64,000 nucleotides of DNA from Balamuthia mandrillaris (taxonomy: Eukaryota). The position numbers and the translations under genes were made by a program. How positions within the stretch are numbered: the stretch's first letter is position 1; each line of letters begins with the position of its first letter. Shown one piece after another: positions 1 to 12,222 of this stretch. The DNA lies in the NCBI GenBank assembly GCA_031835245.2, contig JAVKOQ020000015.1, forward strand, positions 310,001-374,000, written 5' to 3'. Under the pieces are notes generated by a model, which saw only the letters and a program-made list of their open reading frames with translations, did not search any database and was not told where the DNA came from.

Positions 1-691
1 GTTCTGGTATCGTCTATTTCGATGTAATTGGTACATTTCTCTTCTTATCGTCTTGCTCCTCCTCTCTCTCTCTCTCTCGCTCTCTCCCTCTCTCCCCTCC
101 TGATAAACATTCAAAAAAAAAACAGTAATAGAAGCAGAAAAACTCAGCTCTGAAAACAACGAAGCGATAAAGGCATGTTGCTCCGTTCAGCTTCAAGACT
201 CCTCTCAGGTTGCTCGTACAGTTGCAACTTTGTCTTCGCGTACATTTTCCTGGAACACTTCTTTCACTTTGTACCAAAACTTCGTTCTTTTTAAGCCTTC
301 TCTTTTTTTTTTCATTCTCTAACATCTCTCTCTCTCTCTCTCTCTATCTCAAAGTTCTTATGCAGAAGAAAAAGAAGACGAAGCAGATACGGAACAACGA
401 AAAAGCCATTTGTTGGAGTTTACGATAAAGAACAAACTCCAAAAGGGCTCTATCCTCGGCAAACTTGTCTTGGATGTCTCCTCCTTCTCCATGAACCAAG
501 TGCATGATCTGTGGTTGGACCTCCGCCATCCTCTCTACGAAGCACCAGAAGAATGGTTGTGGAGTGGTCCTCAAAGCGATAGAGGGAGCCTCCAGAGAAG
601 CACTGCCCAGTCTTGCGGCTTTCTGCATTGTCGTGTTCAGCGACATCAACATTTTTCGGTTAGTATGCTATATGAGAGAAGAGAAGAACGT

Positions 692-737
<46 letters not shown>

Positions 738-1700
738 CTAATGAGAGAAAGAGAACCAGAGTACTCACGATTTTGTGCCATTTCAACAGAAGGGGATGTT
801 GGCACATTTGGGAGTGCCGTTGAAGGGTATTCCGGTGCGTGTTGCGGTTGGTGACATCGTTATGTTTAGCGAGCGAGTGGCTACTGCAAAACGTGCGATG
901 CATCTTGCCACAGGTTCCGAGGTTCGTCTATTTTTCTTTCTTCATTCTTCTTCTTTGCTTATGTGAAGGCGACTAGTGGGATCATTTGGCAATGATTGCA
1001 GTCTACGAAGATGACAAGAAGAAGACAAAAGAAAAGGATGAAGAAGAGAATGGGAGTCCAAACATAAAACTCGTACTGCTGGAAGCAACCAAAGTGGGGG
1101 TGGATGCTTGTAATTTGAACGTTCGACTGCAGAGCTACCGTGAGAGCGCGAGGCTTGGTATTCGGCGGCTTCAACACTTTCCACGAACTCCACGCTGCTA
1201 TAACGTACTTCTTTGCTCGTGATGCGCTTGTTGTCTATTCTGACCTTCTTTCTTTTGATGTCATTGTGAAGGTTGTCCAAGAGTTTGTTGAATCGGTGTT
1301 AGGCAAGCCATACCACTTGAACCTGGTCGAGATCTTCAAAGGGCTAGTAGGTAAACAACAATTGGCCAACCCTGAAGAGCACGAAGAAGGGTTCTTTTGC
1401 TCTCAACTTGTTGCTGCCGCATACCAAAAGTACTTTCGTCTATTCTCTTTCGTCCTTCCTTCCTCCCTCTTCATTCTTCTTCCTTGCTCTCTTCTCGTGT
1501 TCTTTTCTCACTGTTGAGTTGACCGTATAAACAGACTAGAGCTGCTTCCATCAACGGTGGCATCCACAAACTACCTTCCTCATCACTTTGATCAGGCAGA
1601 AGACAAGGAGAAAGAAGAAGAGCGCCATCAAGTGAAACTGTTTGGCTTTGTTGGCTTCGAACCGATTGTCATTATTCCAAAGCGTAAAGCGCAGAACTGA
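1..1700 (+). CDS. C2-like domain plus permuted papain-like (YiiX/YebB-type NlpC/P60) amidase, multi-exon, 5' truncated by window edge
   Basis: Exons encode C2-like 'EFTIKNKLQKGSILGKLVLDVSSFSMNQVHDLWLDL', then 'VGDIVMF', 'WDHLAM', 'LLEAT', 'LGKPY' and 'FFCSQLVAAAY' (His before Cys, the permuted NlpC/P60 order). Stop TGA at 1698-1700. Confidence 0.75.
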
Positions 1701-1775
1701 TGCTACAACAATCCATTCGTTTCTTGTCTCTTTGTCGTTCTTCTTGTTCTTGTCCGTTCTTTGTTGGTTCTGTGG

Positions 1776-2771
1776 TTAGAAAAGAAGACATTGCAGTTGT
1801 TGGAAGCAAGTATCAACGTCTTCATCATTGTCGTCTTCTTTGTTTCTCCGACCGGAGACAAAACGAAAGCAAAAAGGAACGCAAGAAGATTCTTGTACAG
1901 TCGTTCGCCCTTGGTTGTGATGACGTTGTTGTCGCCCCAACAGAGTTGCCATGACACTCTCCGCAAAGCCTTGTTCGTCTTCTTCCAACTCAAATTCTTC
2001 CACGTTTCTTTCTTCTCCATCTTCTCCTTCTGCTTCTGTTCCGTTTTGGAGAGAAGACAAAGCTTGTTGTTGTTGTTGTTGGTGTTGGTGTTTTCCTTCT
2101 TCCTCGCGTTGTTCAACATGAAGGTAGAGCAACAGAGGAGCCTCCTCCTCGGAGCGTGCCTTCCCGCCGGCTCTGCTGGGCAGCTTGGCCAACCGATTTT
2201 GGGTGAGCAGCTGTTGTTCGTGTCGCTTCGCCATCGCTCTCTCCATCTCTTCCATCATCACCGTGTCATCATCGTCATCATCCCCTTCTCTTTCTTCTTT
2301 GTTGGTTTTGTGGTCTTGTCTTCTTTCTGGATTTGATGTTTTTTTGGTGGAGAGGAGAAGTAGTGACGAAGAAGAGGAGGAAGGAGGAAAAAGAGGAGGT
2401 GGTGGAAGCAAAGGTGGAAAAGAATAAGAAGAAGAAGAAGAACAAGAAGAAGAACAAGAAGAAGATGCACAAGAAGAAGATGTACAAGAAGAAGACGAAG
2501 CGAGAGCAGGAGGCAGAGAAGGAAAGAAAGCAGAAGGAGAAGGGAGAGGTGGAGGCGCGGTGCCGCTCTTGAGATATCTCAACCTCGTTTCCAGGCGCTC
2601 GATGTACGCTTGAGACTCCTCCGCCTCCTCCTTCGCCTTTCCCTGGCAGTGCAGCATTTCATCCTCTCCAAAGGAGGCCCCAGGCTCTTCTCCTGCGAAA
2701 GAGGAAGAAGCAGTGGAGAAGAATTCTTGCTCTGCCTTCATCAAAGCGTCGTTGTCTGTTAGTTCCTCCAT
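1776..2771 (-). CDS. Low-complexity hypothetical protein with a short CCDC32-like helix and C-terminal CaaX-like CLLF
   Basis: 331-aa ORF. 'ESQAYIERLETRLRYLK' resembles the conserved CCDC32 helix (from memory). Ser/Pro/acidic tracts; ends ...QCLLF. A microsatellite intron is possible. Confidence 0.5.
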   Translation of the reverse strand: MEELTDNDALMKAEQEFFSTASSSFAGEEPGASFGEDEMLHCQGKAKEEAEESQAYIERLETRLRYLKSGTAPPPLPSPSAFFPSLPPALASSSSCTSSSCASSSCSSSCSSSSSYSFPPLLPPPPLFPPSSSSSSLLLLSTKKTSNPERRQDHKTNKEEREGDDDDDDTVMMEEMERAMAKRHEQQLLTQNRLAKLPSRAGGKARSEEEAPLLLYLHVEQREEEGKHQHQQQQQQALSSLQNGTEAEGEDGEERNVEEFELEEDEQGFAESVMATLLGRQQRHHNQGRTTVQESSCVPFCFRFVSGRRNKEDDNDEDVDTCFQQLQCLLF

Positions 2772-3032
2772 TGGTTATTGCTTTCTTAACCACCACTTTG
2801 GCCCTATCGACTAGCCGCGCATCCAATGCTGTTGTTCTTGCTTTCTTTTCTTTCTTCTCCACGACAATTAAATGAAACGAAAGCCTGGAAAATATTGTCC
2901 ACGATACCTACAGCATAAGAAATACAATGCAGCGTGGACATATTTGGATGAGTAGACGACCTATCCATTCATCGCTTAATTTTTGTCGACACCCTCAGCG
3001 GAGAGAAGAAAGCAGCGAAGAGCAAGAGAGAG

Positions 3033-4696
3033 ATGTTTGTGGCGGTGGGCGTGATCGCTGTGGTTTTGTTGCTGCTGGTGGTGGTTGGCCAGTGGCTCAC
3101 CAAGCCCAAACCTTTTCATCCCAAAGGAAAGCATGTGCTGATCACTGGTTTGTGTTTCTTTCCTTTCTTTCAGCTCGGTGGTTTGTGTTTTTGACTACCA
3201 CCGCTTGAATAAAAGGAGGTAGCAGCGGCATCGGCCTTGCCACCGCCATACAATTGGCCAAACTTGGCGCCAACATCACCATTCTTGCTCGCAACCAGAA
3301 AAGGTATTCGCTGTGTTTCTTCTCTGCTTATCTCTCTCCTCACGTTCTCTTTTCTCTCGTTATCTCGTTCTCTCGTTCTCTGCTTCTCCTCTCTTGTTCT
3401 CATTCTCTATTCTTTTCTCCGCTACTCCCTCCTTCTTTTGCTCTCTTCGCTTCTCGTTCTCTTCCTTCGCTCGCTCTTCATTCATTTGTTGTTACAGACT
3501 TGATGAAGCGAAAACGTTGATCGAGAAGGCCCGCATCTCTCCCGATGAACAGTTTGTGGATACACTCTCCATAGACGTTTGTCAAGGCAAAGAGACCTGC
3601 GACAAGATCATGCGTTACCTCGAAGAGAGCGGAAGACCTGCCGACGCTCTCATCACCAGTGCTGGTGACACGCGGCCGCAGGCCTTTGATGACCTTGACC
3701 TCGATATCTTTGAGTGGCTCATGAAAGTGAACTACCTTGGCACCGTTGCCTGCGTCAAAGCTGTTCTGCCCTCCATGTTAGTAGTTTCTCTTATTCCTTT
3801 TCCTTTTCTCTCTCTCTCAACGTGTTTCCTCTCTCAACTTCTCTCAACCTGTTTCTCCGTTATGCTCTGTTCTCTTCTTCTCTATTCATTTCTCATTTCT
3901 CCACAACTACCTATTGCTCCTGTTCCAATAGGAAGAAGCAGGGAGAAGGCCGCATCATATTTGTGAGCTCGATGGCAGCCTTGGCAGGCATCTATGGCTA
4001 CTCTGCCTATGGCCCCACTAAATGCGCTCTTCGGGGCTTGGCAGGTTCCTTTCTCATTTCGTTTTTTCTCAAATCCAGAACTCACTGACAGACTTTTTTT
4101 TCTTTTTCACAACAAACAGAGAGTCTTCAACATGAACTTCTTCCATATAGCATCACCATCTCGTTATCGTACGCTCTCTCTATTTCCATACTTCTCTCTC
4201 TTTCTCTCTAGTGCTCTAGTTGACAAAAGAGCAGCTATCCGCCAGACACGGACACACCAATGCTTCAAGAGGAGAACAAGTACAAGCCAAAGGAAACACT
4301 GGCTCTATCTGGAGTGACTTCTGGTGCTGCCTCTGCTGAACAAGTGGCGTCTACCATTGTTCAAGGCCTTCTGAAGCCTTCTCTTCACATTCCCGCCAAC
4401 TTGGATGGATTTATGTTGTGTAAGACAAATACCCTGGCTGCTTGCCTTCCTGCTTTCTATCTTTCTCTCTTTCGCTCGCTCTTACTCTTGTTCCCTTGCT
4501 CTCACTTGTTCTTATGAACGTTTTTAAAATAACAGGTGTTACACAATCTGGGCTTGGAGGAGGTACTCTATTAAACATGCTGCTGGAAGCAGTTTGTTTG
4601 CCATTCTTTAGAGTTATATCATTTGTAGTCTACTGGAACTTTATTCGCATTCTTCGGAGTATGCACCGCCACTCAAAGAACAAGAAACAACAATGA
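3033..4696 (+). CDS. KDSR: 3-ketodihydrosphingosine reductase (SDR family), multi-exon
   Basis: N-terminal hydrophobic anchor, spliced 'HVLITG|GSSGIG', 'MKVNYLGTV', 'IIFVSSMAA', catalytic 'YSAYGPTKCALRGLAE', 'YPPDTDTPMLQEENKYKP', C-terminal hydrophobic helix. Confidence 0.9.
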
Positions 4697-4806
4697 GAAG
4701 AACGAGAAACAGCACCGATAAAAGACGACTTCTTTCCTCTTCTTTATTTTTTCTTTTTGTTCTATTTAAACATTTTCAGTAGCTTCTCTCTCATCATGTT
4801 CCTATG

Positions 4807-5652
4807 TTAATCCTGAAGGCTCTTCTTCATTACTTCTGATGTACGACGTATTCTCTCTGCTCGTTTCGCGGCCTTGCGCCTTTGCGCCATCCAACCAACA
4901 ATCATTATGACAACCGCCACCAAAACTACGACCGGTACCACCACTCCCACTGCAATCGCTATCTTCGTATCGTTGTCATCATCTTCATCTCCTCCTTCTT
5001 CTCCATCCGGATTTACAAGCACAGATACATCTGTTCTCATCAGCATTGCAAAGAAGATTTTCAGCTTTATCATCTCCAAGAAAAACAAAGCAAAACGAAG
5101 AAACGGAAGAAGGAAAAAAGCAAAAAGAAGAAAGGAGGAACACAAAACCTGGATCGTAAGTGACGTTGGTGGATCCTACAAGCATGAACTCGAGAAATAT
5201 TGTGTTTTGTGTGGGCTCCAACGATCCGGTATCCCACTGGGAGTAACCCGCTGCAACAGCTTCGAAACCCCATTCAGCCTCTGGAAGAACCTTTTTTGAA
5301 GCTGTTGGCGGGTTGTTCAAGGAGAACGAAGTCTGAGGAACAAACGATGAGAATCAAGTGAGGATGAAAGAGACGCAAGAAGAGGAGCGGGGAGCAAACC
5401 TTGACGAAGTCGATTTGGAAGAGACGGTCTTTGGCGTAAAAGCTGGTGGCGAATTGATATTCTCCAAGTTGGGCGGTCAAGTTGCTGTCGGAGGATGGCC
5501 AGTTGGGCCGTCCTGTTCCGTTCACGATGTACGGCTCCAAGTTGTGCGATAGTGTCAACTGCAGATAAGACGACGATGAGCGAACGGCAAGAAGAAGAAT
5601 AAGAAAAGAGAGGAACAGAACAGAGAAGAGAACAGAGTGGCGAGAAGGGCAA

Positions 5653-5698
<46 letters not shown>

Positions 5699-6669
5699 GA
5701 ACCTGAACTTGCATGCGAAGTTGACTGTACTGGTCTGTTTCGTTGAAGGAGGGCAGCACTTCCGACTCAAAGTTTACCAGTTCGATAGAGAACTTGATGG
5801 TATTGCCTCTCACCGTAATATTGCGAGACACACCGTTTTCATTCCTGTTGTTATCTTCCATTCATCAGTTCTTGTTCTTCTTTCTTTGTTTTTGCAAAAA
5901 GCAAGGCACCGTACGTGAATGTTCTAGTCTCTGGCTCTCCAATGTTCGCAAAGCTGACTATCAGTTCGCTATGAGGGCTGCTCCCCAGCCCGCGAAAGCG
6001 AGACCTCACCTCGTTGCGAGAAACGAGTTCTCTGGTAAGCTCCGCCTTTGAGAAGTTGAATTGGAACTGACTGTTAAGGTCACATTCCTCCAAAGTTCCT
6101 GTTCGGTTGTTGTTGTTTGTTAGTTCTTCCTCTTTTTTTTTTCTTTTCTTCATGCTTTTCTTCCTCTCTCTACTCCTCTTTCTTTTCAGCTTTCTCTTTC
6201 TCCCTCTCTTTCCCCTACCGAAACAACAAACCTCTTTGATCATAGATGGTCCCGGTAGTATTCTCTTGTTGAACGACCCGGTTGCACTTGACCTCCAACA
6301 AGCCCAGTGGTTGCAAGAGCACCCACATGCTCTCTATCACCTCCCCATTCTCATCTCTGGGAAAGAGAAAAATGCCAGGCCTGGGCCATTCCTTGGGCAG
6401 TCGTGCTTGCAGATATCTACCTGTTATATAAGAGATTATAAACGCACGTTAGAGAGTGCCAGAAGACGTTTTTGTGCTTTTTTTTTTCTGAAGGTATTAT
6501 TTGAAGACGTTACAGAAGCACAGAACGAAAGAAGTAAATAAAAACCTTCAAAAACTACAGCAGAGCCTTCGATGGAGACGGGGGTGATCCCAGCGATGTA
6601 TGCGCCTTGGACATGGACTCCTCCAATGCATGCCAAGAGGCATACAGCGAGAAGAAAAGAGGAAGACAT
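4807..6669 (-). CDS. Type I single-pass membrane protein (signal peptide, N-glycosylated ectodomain, short basic tail)
   Basis: Signal peptide MSSSFLLAVCLLACIGGVHVQG, several NxS/T sites, spliced 'TYDP|DVSVLVNP' before TM 'IAIAVGVVVPVVVLVAVVIMIVGW' and 'QRRKAAKR'. Confidence 0.7.
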
Positions 6670-7411
6670 GTTCGAGGTGCAGCCCACTCTCTTCTTTCGT
6701 TCTTTTGTTTTGAAAAGAAAACAAACACGCAAGACGACTCTAGCACAGAGCGGCAGAAAGGGTGAATAGCGGTGATTCATTATAATAATAAAATAATAAT
6801 ATCAAGTCAAAAAAAGGAAATTTCCGCCGATTAAATCTCACGGGATGTAACGTCCAATCGCGTCTAGTTACGTGATCTTCGTGCTGAGATCCCTTTGTCC
6901 ACAAAAATTTGCCTCTCCATTCCGCCATCCCGTTTGATCTCCAACAATCACATGCTGCCCAACCAAGGGCAATGCGACACCATTGCGGTCAAAAATAGCT
7001 TTTTTTTTTTCCTGCCTTCATCCCACGGGAATAAGGATGCCAATTTCGGCGCCCTTCCTTACCTTATTATTTTTTGCCGACCACCTGAAGCCACCACTGT
7101 TTTCGTTTATGTTTCCCCATTTCTTTTCTTTTTCAGAGGTTTCACCTTCCGTTCGCTGCTCTGCTGCCTTCTCCACCTTCCCCAACAGCAAACAGTGCTT
7201 GGGGAGGGGGTTTTTTTTTCGGGATTTTTGTGGGTGAAACCGTTTTTTTTTTTCTCTCTCTAGCACGTCCAGCGAGCGTAACGCATCGATACAAAAAAAA
7301 ACCAAAATCATTGATTCGATTTTGCACAACAGACTCTGTCTGTCTTTTTGTTGTTGTTGTTGTTGCGTTCTCTTTCTTTTTGTGGATCTCTTGCGGTGAA
7401 CGACCGTTACC

Positions 7412-8656
7412 ATGTGGTACGACGAGGAAAGCTGCGAGGCTGAAGTCTTGGAGCTCCAAAAAGCGGAAGCTGCAAAGAAGCCAAAGAAAGAGGAGGAAGC
7501 AACACATCCCACTCACTTTCATCCACCACCACCACCAGGAGATGAGAGCGAAGGCGAAGAAGCTGATCATCGTCAACTAAACCTGTCTCTTCTCTCTCGC
7601 GACCGGGCCTGCGGACTCTCCCTGTCCAGCCCTCCTCGCGGCACTTCCTTCTGTTGGCTACCCAGACCAAGAGCCATCACGGAGCACCAAAGCCTGAAGT
7701 GCGGCGGGGGAGGCACCGAAGGAGAACATCAGCTGCTCTCTCTGTTGAGAGAGGAAGAGGAGCAGGAGGGGAAGGAACAGCTTCTTCTCGCCAACCTGTT
7801 GCTGCCGCCGCCGCCGAGCTTGTACTGGGCCATACCAGGGAAGTTGCTGGGCATGGGCTGTCCCACGCACAAGCAGCAGCTCCGCTTCCTGCAGGAGCAA
7901 TGCGGCGTGCGCCTCGTGGTCAACCTGCAGGAGCGCTGCCCCCCTCGCGAGTGGTTCCCTCCTTCTAGTTTTGCTGCCCGGCCTCTTCGTTCGTCTTCGT
8001 CTTCTGTTGCTTATTCTGGTTTTTCTTCTGCCCGCGGAGAAGGAGACAGCTATGTTCCGTTTGCCGAGATGGACTATGAGGCCATCCCTGTGAGAAGCTT
8101 TGGAGCACCTTCCTTCGAGCAAGCTCTTCACTTTGTGCAACTCGTTCATCGCGTCATAAACCACAACGCCAACAACACAATTCCATCATCTCAACAACAG
8201 AAGCATCAGTATCGGTATAACGATTCTTCTTCTCCCTCAGATGACCAAAGAACAGAAGAAGACAATGCACAAGCACCATCATCTCACCAGCAGCAACAAC
8301 AACACATCAACACGACAAACGACAATAGCGACAATCAACGAAGAAAAGAAGGAAGAGGAGAGAAGCGGAAAGACGGAGCCGCAGCGGCGGTGGCCGTGCA
8401 TTGCAGAGCAGGCAAAGGAAGGACCGGCACCATGATCGCATGTTACTTCATCTACTCGGAGGGTATCTCTGCGGAGGAGGCTATCCAGAGGGTGCGCTCT
8501 CTCAGCCCTCTTTCCATCGAGACGAAAGGACAGGAGGCCTTTATTGCTTCGTTTGCACAGCGACTTCCGCAGGAGAATACTTCTTCGACGTGTAAGCGGC
8601 AAGGAGAGCAACAAACGTCACAACACAATAACGTGGAGGCCACTGCGTGCATGTGA
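7412..8656 (+). CDS. Dual-specificity protein phosphatase (DUSP23/CDC14-like)
   Basis: Catalytic 'VAVHCRAGKGRTGTMIACY', 'WAIPGKLLGMGCP', 'EAIQRVRSLSPLSIETKGQE'. 414-aa ORF with low-complexity inserts. Confidence 0.88.
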   Translation: MWYDEESCEAEVLELQKAEAAKKPKKEEEATHPTHFHPPPPPGDESEGEEADHRQLNLSLLSRDRACGLSLSSPPRGTSFCWLPRPRAITEHQSLKCGGGGTEGEHQLLSLLREEEEQEGKEQLLLANLLLPPPPSLYWAIPGKLLGMGCPTHKQQLRFLQEQCGVRLVVNLQERCPPREWFPPSSFAARPLRSSSSSVAYSGFSSARGEGDSYVPFAEMDYEAIPVRSFGAPSFEQALHFVQLVHRVINHNANNTIPSSQQQKHQYRYNDSSSPSDDQRTEEDNAQAPSSHQQQQQHINTTNDNSDNQRRKEGRGEKRKDGAAAAVAVHCRAGKGRTGTMIACYFIYSEGISAEEAIQRVRSLSPLSIETKGQEAFIASFAQRLPQENTSSTCKRQGEQQTSQHNNVEATACM

Positions 8657-8733
8657 GGAGAAAGCATTTGTGGTTTTTTTGTTTGCTGTGTACAAGTGTA
8701 GTTGTAAAAGTAAAAGAGAGAAGATTTTGCTTA

Positions 8734-9303
8734 TCATCTTCTTCTTGTTCCACCATAGCCTTCGCCAAGAACAAATAGTGGAAGAGAAATGTCAGAAAGG
8801 AGAGAGAGAGAGAGAGAGAAAAGAAAAGGAGAGGAAAGGGAGAATGTACCAGAGGCAGTTCGCATGCCACCGCTACTACCACCAAAGCCGCCACCCCAGC
8901 TGCTCCCACCGCCCCAGCCACCGCTTCTGTAAGTAGGCCTTGCACCACTGTAGCAGCGAAGAGATGAGTGAACGAATGAGAGAGAGAGAGAGAGGAGAGA
9001 GAGAGTGAGCATACAAGCCATATCCGGGACCCCCATATCCATATCCATAGTTATTACCATAACCATAGCCATAGCCACGTGGTCGGCCAAAGAGGTATCC
9101 CAACAAGCCACCTGTGGCCATTCCTTGCCAGAAGCCACCACCGCCCATTCCTGCAGCAGGTGCTGGTCCTGCTCCCGGTGCACAACTGGCGCTTCCGTAG
9201 TAGGGTCCTCCACCTCCTCCACCACCGCCACCTCCACCCCCGCCACCGTAGTAGCCTGCTCCTCCACTATAAAGCGCATCACGTTAGAGATTCATACTTG
9301 AGA

Positions 9304-9339
<36 letters not shown>

Positions 9340-9752
9340 GGGTAGAGAAAACGAAAGAAGAAAAGAAGCAAAGCAGGGATAACCCACCCAGTAGGGCGGT
9401 AGGCGCCAGGAGAAGGATAGGTGATGCAAGTGCGAATGAGAAGGTAACCCAAATAACAAATGATGCCGAATAGGAGCCAGTTCCAAAGGGTGGATATGCC
9501 ACTTGAACCTGTGCTTCCCCTATAGTAGCTGTCCCCTGTTACGATAAATAAAGTAGCACTTCAGCTGTTGAACGAGAGAGAGAAAAGAGAGAGAGACTAT
9601 ACCACGATTATAGTAACTATCATGAGCGGTGTAATGCAGCTCATACTCCAGACCGCAGCTGCCACGCAACACGTATGGGTCGTCCGGATGGTCATAGCCT
9701 TCGCAACTGTTGCAACAATATTCCCACAACAAAGTAATCAGCCTACATTCTT

Positions 9753-9788
<36 letters not shown>

Positions 9789-10433
9789 AACGCACCTGAC
9801 AGCTAGTTCACCAAAGCGTACGTTAGTCGGTAAGTCAGCGTCGCACTTCCATTGTACATCTTTAGTTAAAAAAAAAACAATGAAAGTCAACTAATAAAGC
9901 GACCAAGTTCACTCAATTCTCTGCGGTGTAGTCCTTCGTTTCATCCTCTTTCTCTCTTTCTCTCTTATGTTCTCTCCCTTTCTCTTGTTCTCTCCTACTG
10001 CCTCTCTCGCTCTCTCTTGCTCTCTCGCTCTCTCGCTCTCTCTCTCTCTGTCATAAAGGTAGAACATACCGAAACCATCATTTCCAACGTTTCGGCACTG
10101 AACGACAACCGGTTCATGCTCGCTTCCGCAAGCGGAGCCACCAATGCATTTCAACTGTCCCAACAAACAAATAGGTTAGCGTGCTAGTGCTCAAATAGAC
10201 TCGCATTGTCACAAAAACATTAGTCGGATGAGAGATTTTTGCCAAACCTGAGGGATGGGACTGGATCTTCGGGCAGTGGTTTTGCCGCCGCTGGTAAAAG
10301 TGAGGGCCTGTATTTCGGTCAAGCGCACGCGATCGTCGTAGTAGGCGTTCGCAACGTCAGCGTAGAGCGCGCTCACCAGGCACAACAGAACAAAAGCCTG
10401 CCAGAGAAAGCCTGCCGCCACGCTTCCTTTCAT
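8734..10433 (-). CDS. SARAF: SARAF/TMEM66 (SOCE-associated regulatory factor) homolog, multi-exon
   Basis: Signal peptide, 'IQALTFTSGGKTTARRSSPIPQ|LKCIGGSAC', 'WKCDADLP', 'SCEGYDHPDDPYVLRGSCGLEYEL', Gly-rich tail 'GFWQGMATGGLLGYLFG', terminal 'GYGGTRRR'. Confidence 0.92.
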
Positions 10434-10692
10434 CTTCTGCCTTTGCTTTTTTTTAAACTGCCAAATGCAACGAACAGGGACAACCGTTGTCCGCCAATCT
10501 CACCCAATCCTCCTCTTAAAGCAAAGAAGACACATCCACACCAAAAAAAGCACCGCCCAAAGCAAATGTACGCTTCGATCGGATCACTGACTGAGGAATT
10601 TCAAACCACCAATCAGCAAACGTTTGACTACAGTGCATGTTTCACGTCGTCATGGCATATAGTCTTTAAATCGAACTAGCTAGAAGCAACGA

Positions 10693-12002
10693 ATGGAAAG
10701 CCAAACAGCATTACAGCTATCGGACTTGCCCTTTGAACTGTTTTGCATGGCGTTGGACCATCTGGAGGCCAAGGAACTCTTCCCCTGTTTCCTGGTGTCC
10801 TCTTGGTTCCTTCATGCGGCCAACAACGACAACTCTTGGCGTCTCCGGTGCGTGCAAGACTTTAACACCCCTGCCTCGTCTTCTTTGTTGGAAGAGGCAG
10901 GAGAAAAGGGCGGGGTGAGCTCTTGGAAAGAACTGTACAAGTTGAACTCTGACCTTTCTTGGGACGTGGAGCGATGCACGAAAAACCCAGCGAGCACCTT
11001 TTCAGAGCATAACCGGGTTGTTGCCTGGCAGGGAGGCTCATACTTCTCCGTCCGTTCCAAGCGGTGCTTCACCAAGAGTTGCGGTCTGGCGGCTTTTGAG
11101 TTTGTCGTTCGCAACTTTAAAAACGGTCACTCCTCTTGCCTCGGCGTTGTGGATGATAGTTGGGACTGCGAAGCGCTGGAATATAAGGCTGGCATGGTCC
11201 CGCATAGTTTCATGTGGTGGACCCATTATTCCCTTTCGTACGTGGTGTTCTCCTTCTTCTCCGTCTTTGTCCCCTTCTTGTTCTTGTTCTTGTTATTGTC
11301 CTCTTTTTGTTGTTCTTGTTCTTCTTCTTCTTGTTGTTCTTGTTGTTCTTGTTCTTGTTCTTCTTCTTCTTCTTCTTCTGCTTGTTCTTCTTCGTTCTTC
11401 TTCTTCTTCTTCTTCTTCTTCTTCTTCTTGTTCTTCTTCTTCTTCTTCTTCTTCTTCTTCTTCTTCTTCTTCTTCTTCTTCTGCTTCTTCTTCTGCTTCT
11501 GCTTCTCCTACAGTGCTAGGTTATCTTATTCAGTGTTCTTTTTTTTTTGTGCTTATTATCCTTCTGCTTTTTTAACGTTTGTTATAGCCAAGACATCCTT
11601 GGCAGCGAAAGAGAGCTTCAAATAGGTCGACACCTGGATTGTGCATGGCAGACAGGGGACGTGGTAGGCGTGCTTATCAACTTCCACGACAAAACCGACG
11701 AAGCTTCAGGAGAGGACTCTACTTTCGGTCATACCATTCACTTCTTCCTCAACGGCGCTTGGAAGGAAAGCATGGCCTTTCCTGATAGCATCGACAAGCT
11801 TTGGCCGGTGATCAACCTCTATTCCAACGGAGACGTCATCGAGATAAGACCCTGCCAGAAGAGCTTCTACCAGAGCAAGCTGTTGAACCTAACAAAGGAA
11901 GAACATGAAAAGATTCAGAGGTACATCGACGATCATCGCGAGCGTTACCGCCAACAAGGATGGCAAAACGAGGAGCCCGATGAAACAGCAGAAGAGCACT
12001 GA
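10693..12002 (+). CDS. F-box plus SPRY/B30.2-like domain protein (one (TTC)n-rich intron, about 11238-11588)
   Basis: F-box 'LSDLPFELFCMALDHL...CFLVSSWF...SWR'; SPRY-like 'AAFEFVV...CLGVV' and 'WQTGDVVGVLINF...IHFFLNG...LWPVINL'. Confidence 0.8.
11278..11505. repeat. Compound (TTC)n/(TTGTTC)n microsatellite in the F-box/SPRY intron
   Basis: Visible in sequence. Confidence 0.9.
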
Positions 12003-12222
12003 AAACAACACACAGCCCGCCTGCCTCCGCCCCATGTCGTCACGAAATACAAGTAAAAAACCCATTGAAAATTCGATGAAAATTACTTTGTAGGTCTCAG
12101 AAAACAGAATGAAAATCGACAGAAAGAGCTTTTTTTCTGAGGGAAGAAAGCGAATCAAAGCTTGCCAAAGAGAGAAAACGAGCACCACCGATCCCCTTCA
12201 AGCAGAAAAACGAATAATAACC

